DNA from: Rebecca billardiae RCC1528
Taxonomy: Eukaryota > Protista > Haptophyta
Reading direction: 5' to 3'
Assembly (NCBI GenBank): GCA_965240325.2
Contig: OZ251226.1
Coordinates: 1,984,001-2,048,000 of the forward strand
DNA: 64,000 bases
A program made the position numbers and the translations under genes. The notes beneath the pieces are model-generated. The model did not search any database and was not told where the DNA came from. It worked only from the letters and a program-made list of their open reading frames with translations. This document shows positions 53,901-64,000 of this stretch, piece after piece. The stretch's first letter is position 1. The number at the start of each line of letters is the position of its first letter.

Positions 53901-56416
53901 AGCTGCGCGCCCGGCGCGGCCGCGCACGCCTCCGCGGCCGCGGCGCGCGCCGCGGCGCTCGACTCGGCCGGCGCGGCCGCGGGCGCGCGCGCGTCGACCG
54001 GAAGGATGCACGAGGCTGTGGCCACGCTCGGCGCATCGGCGGCTGCGCTGGCACTCGGCCACGCCGCCGCCTCGCACGCGCGCGAGAGCCCGCCGCCGCC
54101 CACCGTCCGCTCGGCTCCGTCCGCGCCCTCGCCAGCCGAGGCGAACGCGCCCCAGCACAGGGCAGTGGCACCGCACGCACGCTCGGCGCGCGCGCACAGC
54201 TCGCGCTCGCACGCGCTCGCGCTGGCCTCCGCGCTGGCGACGCGCAGCTGGCGCGCGGCGCGCGTGGCCGCGAGCCGGCGCAGCGCCGCGGCACACGCCG
54301 CCGGCGGCTCGGCGCCGCCCAGCCCGCCGCCGCCGTCCGCGCCGCCATCGGCCGGGCTGGCAGCTTCGGCCGTGCTCGCATCAGGCTCAGGCCGTGTGGC
54401 CGTGCGCGCGCCACCGTCCTCCGCGCCCGCCGCCGCGCTGCTCGCCGAGCCCCACTGCGCCCAGCGCAGCACCAGGCTCGCATTCACGCAGCCGCCGCCC
54501 TCCGCCTCGCTGCGCACGCGGAGCACGGCCAGCAGCCGGTGCGGCCCCGCGGCATGCGGCGCCATGCCCCAGCTAAACTCCGGTGGTCGCACCGCATGCC
54601 CGATGCGCGCGCCCGATGCGCGCGGGACGCGCACGCGCGCACGCCAGGGCGGCGCGCGCGCAGGCCGCGCGCCGTCGGCGCCCAGGCTGCCGGCGGTGCG
54701 CGCGCACGCCGCCCCGCCCGCGCGCGCGCGCGCGAGGCACGAGCGGCTCGAGCGCATCAGCAGCTGGGCTGGGGCCACGCCCGCCGCGGCGAGCAGGGCC
54801 TCAACGGGCGCGGTCGCTCGGCCGGCCGCGTCCGACTCGGCCGCGCCGTCCGCACCGCCCACGTCCGGCAGAAGGCGAAGCTCGAGCTCGGCGTCCGTGC
54901 CGTCACGCGCGGCGGCCGCGCGGCCCCGCGGCCCGCGCGCCGGCTCGGAGGACGCGCTCAGCCGCGCGCTGACGGCGGGGGCGTAGAGCGCCGAGCGCGC
55001 GCTCACCAGGGACAGAGCGAGCGCCGGTTCTCCCGGGCAGGCCTCCAGGGCGAAGTGCTCTGTGCGCGCGACCTCGACGACGGCGCCGACGTCGCGCGCG
55101 CCGGGGCCGCGCGCGCCTCCTGGGCGCGGCACGCCGCCCACGCCGCCGCCGAGCCCGCCGAGCCCGGCGCCGGCGGGCCCGTCGCGCGCGCCCGCGCCCG
55201 TGCCGGCGGCGGCGCCGCCCGCGGCCGAGGGCGCGGCAGCGGCGCCGCTCGCGGGCGCGGGCGCTGCGATCAGCTGAAGCCCGTCGACAAAGGGGAGCTG
55301 CGCGCTGAGGTTGCGCGCGGCGGCCTCGGCGGGCGCGGGCGCCGAGCCCTCCGCCGGTTCGGCGCCGCCGCCACCCGCACGCCGCACGCGCTCGGCGGCC
55401 GCGCACCACGCGCCCTCGAGCTCGGCCGCTCGGCCGCGCCACGCCCGCGGGGGCGCGCCGAGTGAGAGCGCGGCGGCGAGGGCGGCGCTCACGTCGGCGA
55501 GCGCCACGGGCGGGGCGCGCGGCGGCGCGGCGGCGGGCAGGCTGCAGCTGTACCCGCTCCCCGCCAGCAGCACCCACGGCAGCAGCTCGCGCGCGCACTG
55601 CGCGTCGAGGCCGTCGCCGTCCGAGTCGCCACCGTCGCGCGCGCCCGCCTCGGGCGGAGCCGTCGAGCCGATCGCGGCGACGAGCGCGCGGCCGCCGTCG
55701 CTCGCGGCGCGCGCGGCGTCGAGGATGTCGCCGACGAGGCCGTCGAGCGCGCGAAGCGCCTGCGCGTACGCCTCGGACTCCGCGCCGAACGCGGCCGCCA
55801 CCTCGAAGCAGCTGCGCAGCTCGACGAGCACGAGCGCGCGCGGCCACTCGGTAGATGCGGGCCGTGTCGCGAGCGCGCGGAGGTGCGCGACGGCGGCGGC
55901 GGCGACGCGCAGGTCGGCGTCGAGGACGGGCTCGGCGATGCACACCGGCGCGTTGGGCGTCTGCCGGCCAGCCGGCGCGGACGCATCCACCGAGGAGACG
56001 TGCCCTGCATCCCACAGGCATCGCTCGGTCGCGCGGCCGCGCGCGTGGAATGCGGCCGTGCGCACAAGGCCCGCGGTATCAGCATCGCCCACGGCGAGCT
56101 CGAAGAGCGTAGGCGGGTACGCCACGCTCTCCACGTGCTCCAGCGCCGGACCACCCGCCACGCACGCGCGCGTCGCGCCCGCGAGCGCGCCCTCGCCATC
56201 GGAGCGGAGCAGGGAGGCGAGCCCGAGCACGTCCGCATCCGCGCTGACGCTCGGCGGCGCGGCGAAGCGGCGCTCGGCGGCCATGAGCGCGCTCAGCCGA
56301 GGAGCCACCTCCGGGGCCTCCTGCGGCGGCAGCAGCAGCCCCGGCAGCACGAGCAGCAGTGCGATGCGTCCGCCGACAGGCGGCTGGCCCATCGTCACAT
56401 TGCCACCGGCGGGCAT
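50939..56416 (-). CDS. Large type I membrane protein: degenerate alkaline-phosphatase/phosphodiesterase-like domain, LamG-like domain, one TM helix, acidic tail
   Basis: Hydrophobic IALLLVLPGLLL; LVLVELRSCFEVAAAFGAESEAYAQALRALDGLVGDILDAA; LADGRSHALAVRWSFGGGAVELLLDG; TM GIALLVVTLLVTTLLLAACVALAC; poly-Asp end. Start uncertain (56449/56416/56392). Confidence 0.65.
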   Translation of the reverse strand: MPAGGNVTMGQPPVGGRIALLLVLPGLLLPPQEAPEVAPRLSALMAAERRFAAPPSVSADADVLGLASLLRSDGEGALAGATRACVAGGPALEHVESVAYPPTLFELAVGDADTAGLVRTAAFHARGRATERCLWDAGHVSSVDASAPAGRQTPNAPVCIAEPVLDADLRVAAAAVAHLRALATRPASTEWPRALVLVELRSCFEVAAAFGAESEAYAQALRALDGLVGDILDAARAASDGGRALVAAIGSTAPPEAGARDGGDSDGDGLDAQCARELLPWVLLAGSGYSCSLPAAAPPRAPPVALADVSAALAAALSLGAPPRAWRGRAAELEGAWCAAAERVRRAGGGGAEPAEGSAPAPAEAAARNLSAQLPFVDGLQLIAAPAPASGAAAAPSAAGGAAAGTGAGARDGPAGAGLGGLGGGVGGVPRPGGARGPGARDVGAVVEVARTEHFALEACPGEPALALSLVSARSALYAPAVSARLSASSEPARGPRGRAAAARDGTDAELELRLLPDVGGADGAAESDAAGRATAPVEALLAAAGVAPAQLLMRSSRSCLARARAGGAACARTAGSLGADGARPARAPPWRARVRVPRASGARIGHAVRPPEFSWGMAPHAAGPHRLLAVLRVRSEAEGGGCVNASLVLRWAQWGSASSAAAGAEDGGARTATRPEPDASTAEAASPADGGADGGGGLGGAEPPAACAAALRRLAATRAARQLRVASAEASASACERELCARAERACGATALCWGAFASAGEGADGAERTVGGGGLSRACEAAAWPSASAAADAPSVATASCILPVDARAPAAAPAESSAAARAAAAEACAAAPGAQLHVRGRGFGALRVARTWAPAAAGLAPGGPSARPTLELAPASCVPVAWTPPPSDARGRAAPPLGGAASASSAAVSAAVTNSSDSGRRGAYAEADGGARGAGAPLAAAPLPAAPLGVGATLLLELGALNRTACRRAAEAVPLARWLAGARGAGVARLGALPPPSWLALSYLPASHSLQLQLRAPSAAADDDTARRVLSARAGALADGRSHALAVRWSFGGGAVELLLDGRVLARAWMAADTSDARIELALGVRAGGADGAGTLWLGPCVADQPPPPPPRSSAVFQPAARGGEKAAEGAALLAGAGSGALAGGAEEAAVRAALGVRARACVPVAGPPPRPAARSGASPAAAPPPAPASPAQGALASVRRATVFSYPLPDSALALPDSALALGSSGAMDGAGGARAPQPAPPAPRIDLIDAPGSVSMAAASMAAEPRSQPCARALWLGDGGLLCTPTAAQWRALLEAELRVRVCAPRAELLDQRAEELCSPPKLLSGATAMPASPPPPPLPPAPALNPVAPAPGGGGAGGAARETADWLVAGLGTRTGIALLVVTLLVTTLLLAACVALACRPYSRAMAARLCERHCAPCAPCARVLGCAAHGATAAAAARGDGAGGEDTPMVVFDMRSGSWVPCGRNESAEGADADELGARVCSPPRRLSAETPATPAGAADGALALGSCLCADGSRRTSAAGLRSGAAIPIRRCLALPGGTERCSRWSLDADAAPHAHVSRSASAANGGGAAADAAGAACPLGRGLAALALGRGDYGRVRSDAAEPSTPCVPTFAADGGADAEAGARPVRAAGAGALDAADGPRWPCRAARADDGFLGGGVCGGGGGGGAGARGGERIRPAWVMRAACGRAHGHTARGVEPTSAARQGAGAAAADDDGEFEFDFTESRAAAGAAAAALPAVDASGTQMCSMQAARKATTSAPPAPVAVHDVPVALEQPAGGSTQPAGGGPRFVLKQDDDVDDDDDDDDDDDDDDDRLAI

Positions 56417-56735
56417 GCCCGATCTGTCCCGCTTCCCCAAACCTGCCATCCGCCGCGCGGAAATGAAATCCCAGAGCAGCAATTTCCAGTCATTTTCTCC
56501 AGCGGAACGTCAATTTCGTTGGTTCGCAAAACAAAAGGGGGTCCGGCCGCCATCGTTGTGCGTGGGTATCGCTCTAAGCAGCGCGTCTGGAACGCGTGGC
56601 GAGCCAATCAGATTGCAGCATCCGCCGTGGGTCCGCCCGCAAAGCCGAGCTCCAAGCCGCAAGCGGCAGCCGGCCAAGCGAGGGGACGGGTGGCAACCCG
56701 ACAACCAACCCGACCCCGTGCGCGGAGCGCGAGCG

Positions 56736-57573
56736 ATGCCTTTGTTCGGCGGCGGCCGCCACCACGAGCAACCGCACGGTGGGCGCGTCTCGCAGCGTGC
56801 CCGCCCGAACGATCCCTTCGCGGGCGCCTTCGGCATGGATCCCGGCGGCGACCCGTTCGGCGGCTTTGGCCTCGGCCAGGGCATGATGCAACACATGATG
56901 AACCCGGGCGCAGGCGGCGGCGCGGGCTCGTCGTGCTGCTTCTCGTGCACGTCGTGCACGTGCTCGAGCGGCCCGAACGGCGCGCCCGTCACCTACTCGT
57001 CCACGACCACCGGCGCTCGCCACGGCGACAACCCGATGGTGTCGGAGACGCAGGCGTCGTACCGCGACGGCCGCGGAAACGAGCGGCTCGGCATCTCGAG
57101 GCAGATCGGGGAGCGGTGCGCGCGGCGCCGCGCGCCTGACGCGGAGCGCCGGTGTGCCGCGTGCCGCCCACCCGCCTCGCCCGGCGTGCTCACCCCGCGG
57201 CCTGCGCGCCGCCCTCGCCCACGCCACTCGCGCGCGCAGCGGGCGCGCCGTCGTCGCCGAGCGGAACGCGCGCGGCGAGGAGACAAAGGTGGACACGCTG
57301 ATGCACGTGTCCGACGGCTCGGCGTTCGACCGCGAGTGGCATCAGACGGCGCAGCGCTCCCACCTGCAGAGCGCGTCTGCGCTCGCGGGGCCAGTGCACG
57401 GCGCGCTCCTCGGCGGCCCGACTGCGCACGCCTCGCGCCCGGCGCTCACCACCGCGGACAGGCAGGTGATGTCGGCGGGCCGCGACGCGCACCGCCGCCA
57501 GACGGAGCGGATGATCCGCGAGGCGCGCGACACGCGGCGCGAGCAGCTCTACCCCGGCCTGCGGCCCGCCTAA
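56736..57573 (+). CDS. MLF: Myeloid leukemia factor (MLF) family protein; exons 56736-57115 and 57240-57573
   Basis: DPF..FG-rich N-terminus, Ser-rich FSCTSCTCSS..TYSSTT, VSETQASYRDGRGNERLGISRQIGER|GRAVVAERNARGEE..AFDREW. Intron 57116-57239 (GTGCGC..GCGCAG). Confidence 0.85.
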
Positions 57574-58297
57574 ACGATACGGTGCGGACGGGTGCGTGCC
57601 CTCCTGCCGCGCTTGGCGGCCTGGCGCGCGTGCTGCCGTCAGACTCCCCCCTCCACCTGCGCTGCGATGACGCGCGGAAAGGGGTCGCAGCCGGGGCGGG
57701 CGGTGACGAGGCATCGATTTGGACGTGGTGATAAGAGCGAAGCAGGCAGCGCTCCATGAGGGCTCGAGCCATTGGGACCCGGCATCAGGCGAGGGCCAGG
57801 CCCCACACTTGGCTGCGGCGAGCAGCGGACTGGTGCTCTCTCGCGGCCAGCGGCTCCCGCCGTGCGGCCAGTCCGTCAGCCAGCGCCGTCGCGCGGCTGC
57901 GGCCGCTCCCGCTGCTCCGCATCCGCAGACTCGCATGTTCAGCGGCGCAGGCGACCCACCGGGATGGCAAGTGCTGGCATCCGGTGTGGTCCGGTCGCAC
58001 TGGCAGCGTCGACATGATACCGCGTACTGGCGCCAGAGTCCGCGACAGACACGGACGATCGGGCGTGCGGCCTGCGGCCCTGCGGGTGGATAAGTCCGCC
58101 GATTAATACTATAATAGTCGACGATGACTTCTGACAGTTCTGTATCATATAGTGCGCGAGTTATGACGACGAGTGTTATGACGACTGTCGACTCCGCCGA
58201 TGGCGATGTCGACGACGATGACATCTGACGACGCTGTCGCTGAATGACTATTGACTGAGGCCTGTGGTGACACTGCATGGGTCTGTGGCAGACAGTG

Positions 58298-61200
58298 TCA
58301 GCTGCCTCCGAGCATCAAGTCCAGCGAGGGCCCACCGGACACGGCGGCCTGCCACTCTGCAGCGCTCAACGCGCCGTGGCCGTAGTGCCCATCGGCGCCC
58401 TGGAGCCCACCGGCCGCACCGCACGCTGCGGGTGCGATCGCGGCGTCGGCCAGCGCCACCGCCACGCCGCCCACCGCCGCCTCCACAGCGGCGGCCGGCT
58501 CGGCCGCGCGCGGGGCCGCGTCGGCGTCGGCGGCGCTGCCCGCGCTACTCACGCTACTCGCGCTGCCGCTCGAGCGGTCGGCGTTGTCGTCGGCTCCCTC
58601 GGTCGGCAGCTCGCCAAAGAGGTCGCGCCGGATGGCGGCCTCGATGGCCGCGCTCTGGTCCGCCTCCTCGGCGGGCTCGGTCTCCGCCTCGTGGAGCAGC
58701 TGCGCGCGCAGCGCCGCGAGCTCGTCCGCCGTGCGCTCCGCCGTCGCGGGCGAGAGCGGCGGGCTCTGCGCGTCGCCCTCCTCGCCCTCGTCAAGCTCGT
58801 CGCTCGCGCCGCCGTCGCCGCGGCCGAGCCGCCTGCGCTGGCCTCGCGCGAGCGGCGGCGTGTGCGGCGGGGTGATGATGCGCGTGGGGAGCACGGGGTT
58901 GAGCGTGGGCGAGAGCATCGAGTAATGCTCGGTCGTCTTTGAGCCGAGCAGCTTCTGCCGCCGCATCGGCACGCCGATCGAGCGCCAGTGCGGGTGCGAC
59001 TCCGCGCGGAAGAGCTCGGACGCGGAGCGCCGCACGTCCGCGGCGGTCGCGAGCGCCTGCGCGCGCTCCGCGGAGGTGCCGAAGGGCGCCTCGGGCGCGG
59101 GCGCGGCCTCGTCGGGTTCAGACTCTGCGCGCTCCGGCTCGCCGCCCGAGCTGGGCACGGGCGAGACGATGTGTATCGCCGGCGTCGTCAGCGTGGGCGC
59201 CGACTTGGACGGCGCGATGGGCTCCGACTCGACCGCGCGTGCCGCAGAGTCGGGCGCGCCGGGCGGCGGCGCCGCGTCCGCGTCCGCCGCCGCCTCCGAG
59301 GGCGGCACGGCGGCGGGCGGCTCGGCGGCGGCGGGCGGGGTCTCGGGCGGCGGCGGCTCGGCCGCGAGCGCGCGCAGCGCCGCGCGGAACTCCTTGAGCA
59401 GCTGCGACTGCGCCCCGCCGCCCTTCTTCTTGCGCTTGGGGTACCCGCCCTTGGGCGGCGGCGGCGGCGTGAGGCCGCGCGCGCGCATCGCGGCAGCCAT
59501 CTTCTCGAGCGGATCCTCCTCGTCCTCGTCGTCGTCGGCGTCGTCCGCCGCCCCCTGCGGCTCGAGCAGCCGAGCGCTGTGCTTGCGCTTGCCGTCGATC
59601 GTCGTGCGCATCCCCACGGGGCAGTCCTCGAAGAGCGAGAGCTGCGTGCACAGCTTGCGCGCCGCGCCCACCAGCGCGTCGCGCTCGGCAGCGGGCACCT
59701 CGGGGCCCACCCTGCGGCGGGCGGGGGCGGCGCGCAGGGAGCGAGCGCCGCGTGAGCCGCGCGCGCCGCGGGTGTGGCGCAGATGGTGCAGCCGCGCGCG
59801 GGCGGGCGCGCGCGGCTCGCGCCGCCCGGCCCGCACCAGAGGAACGTGCGCTCGCCCGCCACCAGCACGTAGACAGACGACTGCTTGAGCGCGGGCGCGT
59901 CCGCGCCGCCGCCGCCGCCGCCGTTGGGCGCGCCGTCTCCGCTGTCTCCGTTCGCGCCCGCCGGCGGCGAGGCGGCCGAGAGCGCGGCGGCGCGCAGCTG
60001 CGCCCGCTCGACCAGCGACGCGCGGAGCGGCTCCCCGTGCTCCGCGTGCGCGCCGGCGTGCAGCTCGTACAGCTCGAGCGTATCCCAGCTGTGCTCCTGC
60101 GCCGAGCGCACCGCCTGCCGGTGCTGCGAGGCGACGAGCTTCAGCTTGCCCATGTGGTCGCCCGCTGCGCCGCCGGAGCGCCCGGGCAGCGTGGGAGGGC
60201 GCACGCCGCGCGCGCGCGCGGCGCGTAGTCTCGCCTCCCACTTGAGCAGCACCACCGTGAAGCCTGCGGCCGGCCGGCCGGTGCGGCGCGGCATGCAGCG
60301 CGGCACGGCGCGGCACGGCGGCGGCGCGGCGGTGGGCGGCCGAGGGCGAGGGCGCCGGTGAGGCGCGAGCGAGGCGGGCACTGGCTGCAGCCGCTGAGCC
60401 CGCCCATGCCACCGCCGGCGCGGCGGCGGCCCGACTCCCCATCGCGCGCACGGCGCGCGCGCGCACCGATGCTGGGCGCGGCCACCCTGCGCGCGTGCTG
60501 GACGAGAGACAGCGCCTTTGCAAAGCTCATCACCTCGCGCCACATCAGGTACGCGCACGCGAGCGCGACGGCGCGGTTGGTGCCTCGGTCGCAGCAGATC
60601 AGCGTGCAGCCGCCGCCCGCGCGCGCCGCGTCGAGGAAGATGCACGCCTCGAAGAAGACGGTGCACAGGTCCTCTGCGCGCGCGCCAGCGAGAGAGCGAG
60701 CGAGCGAGAGGGCGGCGGCGCGGGCGGCGCGCCGCGCCGCACGAGCGCGCGCGAGAGTGAGGCGCGCGGCGCGCGCGCGCACGGCGTGCAGCCAGGCTGT
60801 GCGCGCGCGAGCGCGGCGCGAGCGCCGCGCTCGCTCGCGACCCGCGCACCCGTCGGCTCGTCGCGCGGCAGCCAGAACGAGAGGTACTTGAACTCGGACT
60901 CGTGCGGGTTGCCGTACTTGAGGCGCGCGCAGTTGATCACGTGCGTCACCTTGGCCCAGCGCAGCAGCCGCACGTTCTGCGCGACGGTGCCGCCCGCGAT
61001 CGTGAGATAGTCTGAGATGATCGAGATGTCGTCGCCGAGCTCCTTGACCTGGTGCAGCAGGCTCGGCCGGCGGCACGCCCTCTCGCGCCGCGCCGCCACC
61101 TCCTCGTCCGTCAGGTCGGGCGCGGGCTCGCCGCTGTCCGCCGGCAGCTCGGCCACCAGCGACTCGAGCTCAGGCATGGCGGGCAGCGCGCGGCCCATCG

Positions 61201-61936
61201 AAGGCGAGCGCACGCCGCGCGAGCGCGCGACTGTCACGGGCGAGGTGCTGCTCGGCGGCTGGCTCCCTGAGCCCGAGCCTCGCGCGCCCACCCGCTCAGG
61301 GCTCGCGCACGCGCTCTCCTCTGCCGGCGCGTCCTCAGGGACCGGCTCGGCCGGAACGCTCAGCCGCTTGCCGCCGCTCAGCCGCTTGCCGCCGCTCAGC
61401 CGCTTGCCGCCGCTCAGCCGCTTGGCGCCTCCCGCCCCCGGGACGTTGGCTCCGGACCTGTCGTGCGTCACCGGATCGTACGTGACGCGGCGCGCTCGCC
61501 GCCGCGGCTTGAACTCGGGAAGATCCGCGCCCTCCCCCTCGGCAGCGCCGTGCGCGCCGCCGTCAAGGCTGGGCGGCGGCTCCTTGATCGCAGCGTCGTC
61601 GTCGTCCTCGACCCCGAGGGATGACGGCGCGGGCATGGAGGGGTCGGACATCGTGCGGCGCAGCGCGGGCTCGCATTCCGCGGGCTCCCATCGCGCCACC
61701 GCGCCGATCGGCCGCGATGGCGCCGGGAGCGGCAGCACGTAGCCGCGGTTGGGCAGCTTGAGTGGCAGCGAGGTGTGCGCCATCCACGCTTGCCACAGAA
61801 GCTCGTCGGGCGTGCGCAGCTGCAGATGGAACTCGCCGAGCTCGAGAATCCGCTCGGAGAGGTCCACCGAGGCCACCGACGACGCGTCAGACGCGATGTC
61901 TTCCTCCTCGTCCACATCCGCCAGGGCTGTGGTCAT
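58298..61936 (-). CDS. Dual-specificity phosphatase with gelsolin-like domain (plant MKP1-like architecture); exons 61936-60850, 60673-60467, 60263-59837, 59711-58298
   Basis: ISIISDYLTIAG..VTHVINCA..FKYLSFWL; TLICCDRGTNRAVALACAYLMW..ALSLVQHARRVAAPSIG|F; LKQSSVYVLVAGERTFLW|VG. Three GTGCG..CAG introns restore the frame. Confidence 0.82.
61358..61423 (-). repeat. 18-bp coding tandem repeat (KRLSGG, ~3.7 copies)
   Basis: gctcagccgcttgccgcc repeated. Confidence 0.85.
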
Positions 61937-62424
61937 GGCGTAGGACCGCCGCTCGGCGGAGAGATGACGTGCTGCGGCCGGGTTGGTGGGGGTTCGTCGA
62001 AAGAGGATTTGGGTAAACGCCCAAACGGTCCGCCACTCTCCGATTGGACAACCAAACGAGCTGCCATCAAAAGGCGTCTGATTGTGGCACTGTGGCCAAA
62101 GGAATAATAGAAAGTGGTTTGCTACCGTTTGGCGCCTGAAAACCCTACAGTATGTCGAGATTTCATCTACCGGTGCTAGACCGCCACCCTTCTTTTGAGC
62201 TGACTCGCGTAGTCATACTCGCTCCCTCACGACAATGAGCAAGCACAACGAACTGGAATTGGGTAAGTAAGAAGTCTCCATCTGCCGAATGTTCGAAGTG
62301 GCTCAGCAATTACCGCTGGTAAGTGCCTTACCCCCATACTGGGTTTCGTCGCCGGCTTTACGCGTCCGTACGGCGCGAGTGCTCCAAGGGGCAGCACACC
62401 CCGGGCCCCGCCTCGGGGCAAGCT

Positions 62425-64000
62425 TCAGAGCAGCTCGGACCTCTGCGATGTCGCGGCCGAGCGGTGCTGGCGCGACGCGGCCGCGCCACCGCGCTGCGCG
62501 CCGCCTGCGCGCGGCGGGCTGGCCGCCCCCGGCTGCTGGCCGTTGGCGCGGCCTCGCCTGCCGCGCCAGAAGCGGCGCTTGGGCTTGCCGTGCGTCTCGT
62601 GTCTGGCCGCAATGCCCGCGACGCGCGCTCGCCAGCGCTGTTGGATGACCTCAGCCGCGAGCTCGCGGAGCGCGGACTCGTCCTTCTTCGACTGCTCGGG
62701 CGTCACCGCGCCGGGGACGAGCGAGCCGAGGGCCCCGAGCCCCATGTAGCCCGCCCGCCCGGCCTCGAGGTCTAGCCTGGCCTTCCTGAGCGTGCCGCTG
62801 CGCATGCTCGTGACGACGCTCCGCTTCCGCTCCGACTGCTGCCGCTTGCGCTGCACCGCCTGCTCCTCGGTCTCCGTCTTCTCGAAGATGTACGAGCGAT
62901 AGCGCTCGTGGTCTCCGAGCACGTTGGTCGACAGCAGGTCGACGACGGTCTGCGCCGTGCCGATGATCACCATGCCCGAGGCGATGTGGATGAGGAGGAC
63001 CGAGAGCGAGAAGCGCGCCTTCGAGCCGGACTGGAACGCCTTGATCCGCACGCCCGTGCGGTGCACGTGCAGCCGCGACGTGTCCGTCTCCTCGCGCACC
63101 TCGTCGACCGAGAAGTCGCCCGAGAGCGTCCGCACGCTTAGCGTCCACGTCGGGTCGCGCTGCGGGAAGAAGTTCGAGCCCGCCTCGAAGTTGGAGTACG
63201 ACACCTCGATCGCGAGGATCAGCCCGGCATCGCGCCGCGTCAGGTTGAGCTCGTTGGGCATGTCGGGCGCGAGCTCGTCGAGCTCGACGCCCGCGAGGTC
63301 GAGCAGCTCGGAGATCCGCAGCGTGAGCGACTCGCCCGGCGGGATGTGCCTGCGCACGGCGCCCGTCGAGTCGACAATGTCGCCAGCGGGGTTCGTCGCG
63401 CGGTGGGCGATGCCCTGCTCGACGAGGAGGTCCAGGTCCTCGACGCCCAGCGAGTAGCTCACCCGGGCGGAGTTGGTCTGCCACAGCTCCACGTTGCACT
63501 CCGTCGCGTTCAGCGCGCAGCGGCGCTCCTGCCGCTGCTCGAACATGCTCGTGGTCACGAGCATCGCGCCGTCCTCGTGCGGCGGGAACACGAGGCCATG
63601 GCCGTCGCGGTACACGCACCCGATGCCCGAGTCCGCCTTCCGCGCCGCGCGGATGAGGGTGATCTCGCGATGCCACTCGGGGAAGATGTGCATGTCTGCC
63701 GTCGAGAACTGCTTCTCCGCGATCGACAGCTCCGCGGCGACGGAGTCATTCAGAGCGCGCGTCGGAGAGGTCGCGCAGTACGGGTAGCTCGACGTGCTGC
63801 CCAGCCGTTGCGTGCCTCCGACCAGGTCGAGCCGGATGCTGGCGACGATCGGCTCGTACTCCAGGTAGCCGTGGCGGATCCAGATCGTCTCGAAGACGAC
63901 ATAAAATACGGCGACAAAGACCGAGCAGTAGAACAGGAGGCCAAGGCGCGCGTCGCGGACCTGCACGCGCTTGTACGTGTAGTAGGACAGGAGGTCGTCT
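62425..64000 (-). CDS. P2X: P2X receptor-family ion channel (5'-partial), protist/algal type
   Basis: N-terminal YxTxK motif (LSYYTYKRVQVRDARLG), TM1 LLFYCSVFVAVFYVV, GYLEYE, LLVEQG, IEVSYSN, GVRIKAFQSGSKARFS, TM2 VLLIHIASGMVIIGTAQTVVDLL, then YRSYIFE. Confidence 0.88.
   Translation of the reverse strand, partial: DDLLSYYTYKRVQVRDARLGLLFYCSVFVAVFYVVFETIWIRHGYLEYEPIVASIRLDLVGGTQRLGSTSSYPYCATSPTRALNDSVAAELSIAEKQFSTADMHIFPEWHREITLIRAARKADSGIGCVYRDGHGLVFPPHEDGAMLVTTSMFEQRQERRCALNATECNVELWQTNSARVSYSLGVEDLDLLVEQGIAHRATNPAGDIVDSTGAVRRHIPPGESLTLRISELLDLAGVELDELAPDMPNELNLTRRDAGLILAIEVSYSNFEAGSNFFPQRDPTWTLSVRTLSGDFSVDEVREETDTSRLHVHRTGVRIKAFQSGSKARFSLSVLLIHIASGMVIIGTAQTVVDLLSTNVLGDHERYRSYIFEKTETEEQAVQRKRQQSERKRSVVTSMRSGTLRKARLDLEAGRAGYMGLGALGSLVPGAVTPEQSKKDESALRELAAEVIQQRWRARVAGIAARHETHGKPKRRFWRGRRGRANGQQPGAASPPRAGGAQRGGAAASRQHRSAATSQRSELL

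Noticed and set aside
55311-56735. N-terminal 475 aa of the 806-aa plus-strand ORF
   Set aside because: Antisense to the membrane-protein gene; only the part from 56736 (MLF) is supported.

Overview
Very GC-rich eukaryotic nuclear DNA with short spliceosomal introns and Gly/Ala-expanded proteins. The style suggests a haptophyte alga such as Pavlovales; this is inference, not verified. Most ORFs in the supplied track are GC-driven shadow frames. About 13 real genes can be supported: a 5' fragment of a small gene running off the left edge, a TPR plus dynein-AAA5-like protein, a small ubiquitin-fold protein, a ~5800-aa multi-ASH/Ig-like protein, a YqgE/AlgH (DUF179) protein, a sulfotransferase, a carotenoid cleavage dioxygenase, an anoctamin(TMEM16)-choline transporter-like(CTL/SLC44) fusion, a Cys-rich WTGxxCC-repeat surface protein, a GT92/DUF23-type glycosyltransferase, a type I membrane protein, an MLF-family protein, a DSP+gelsolin-like phosphatase and a partial P2X receptor. 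An accessory zone at ~20.4-34.5 kb holds a 3.5-kb TIR element with decayed cargo, foldback repeats, microsatellites and pseudogenes. A 1.08-kb foldback element with a 7-bp TSD sits exactly on the glycosyltransferase start codon. The most notable candidate is the uninterrupted TMEM16-CTL fusion, whose TMEM16 Ca2+-binding acidic residues appear to be lost. All family calls come from motif recognition by eye, with no database searches.
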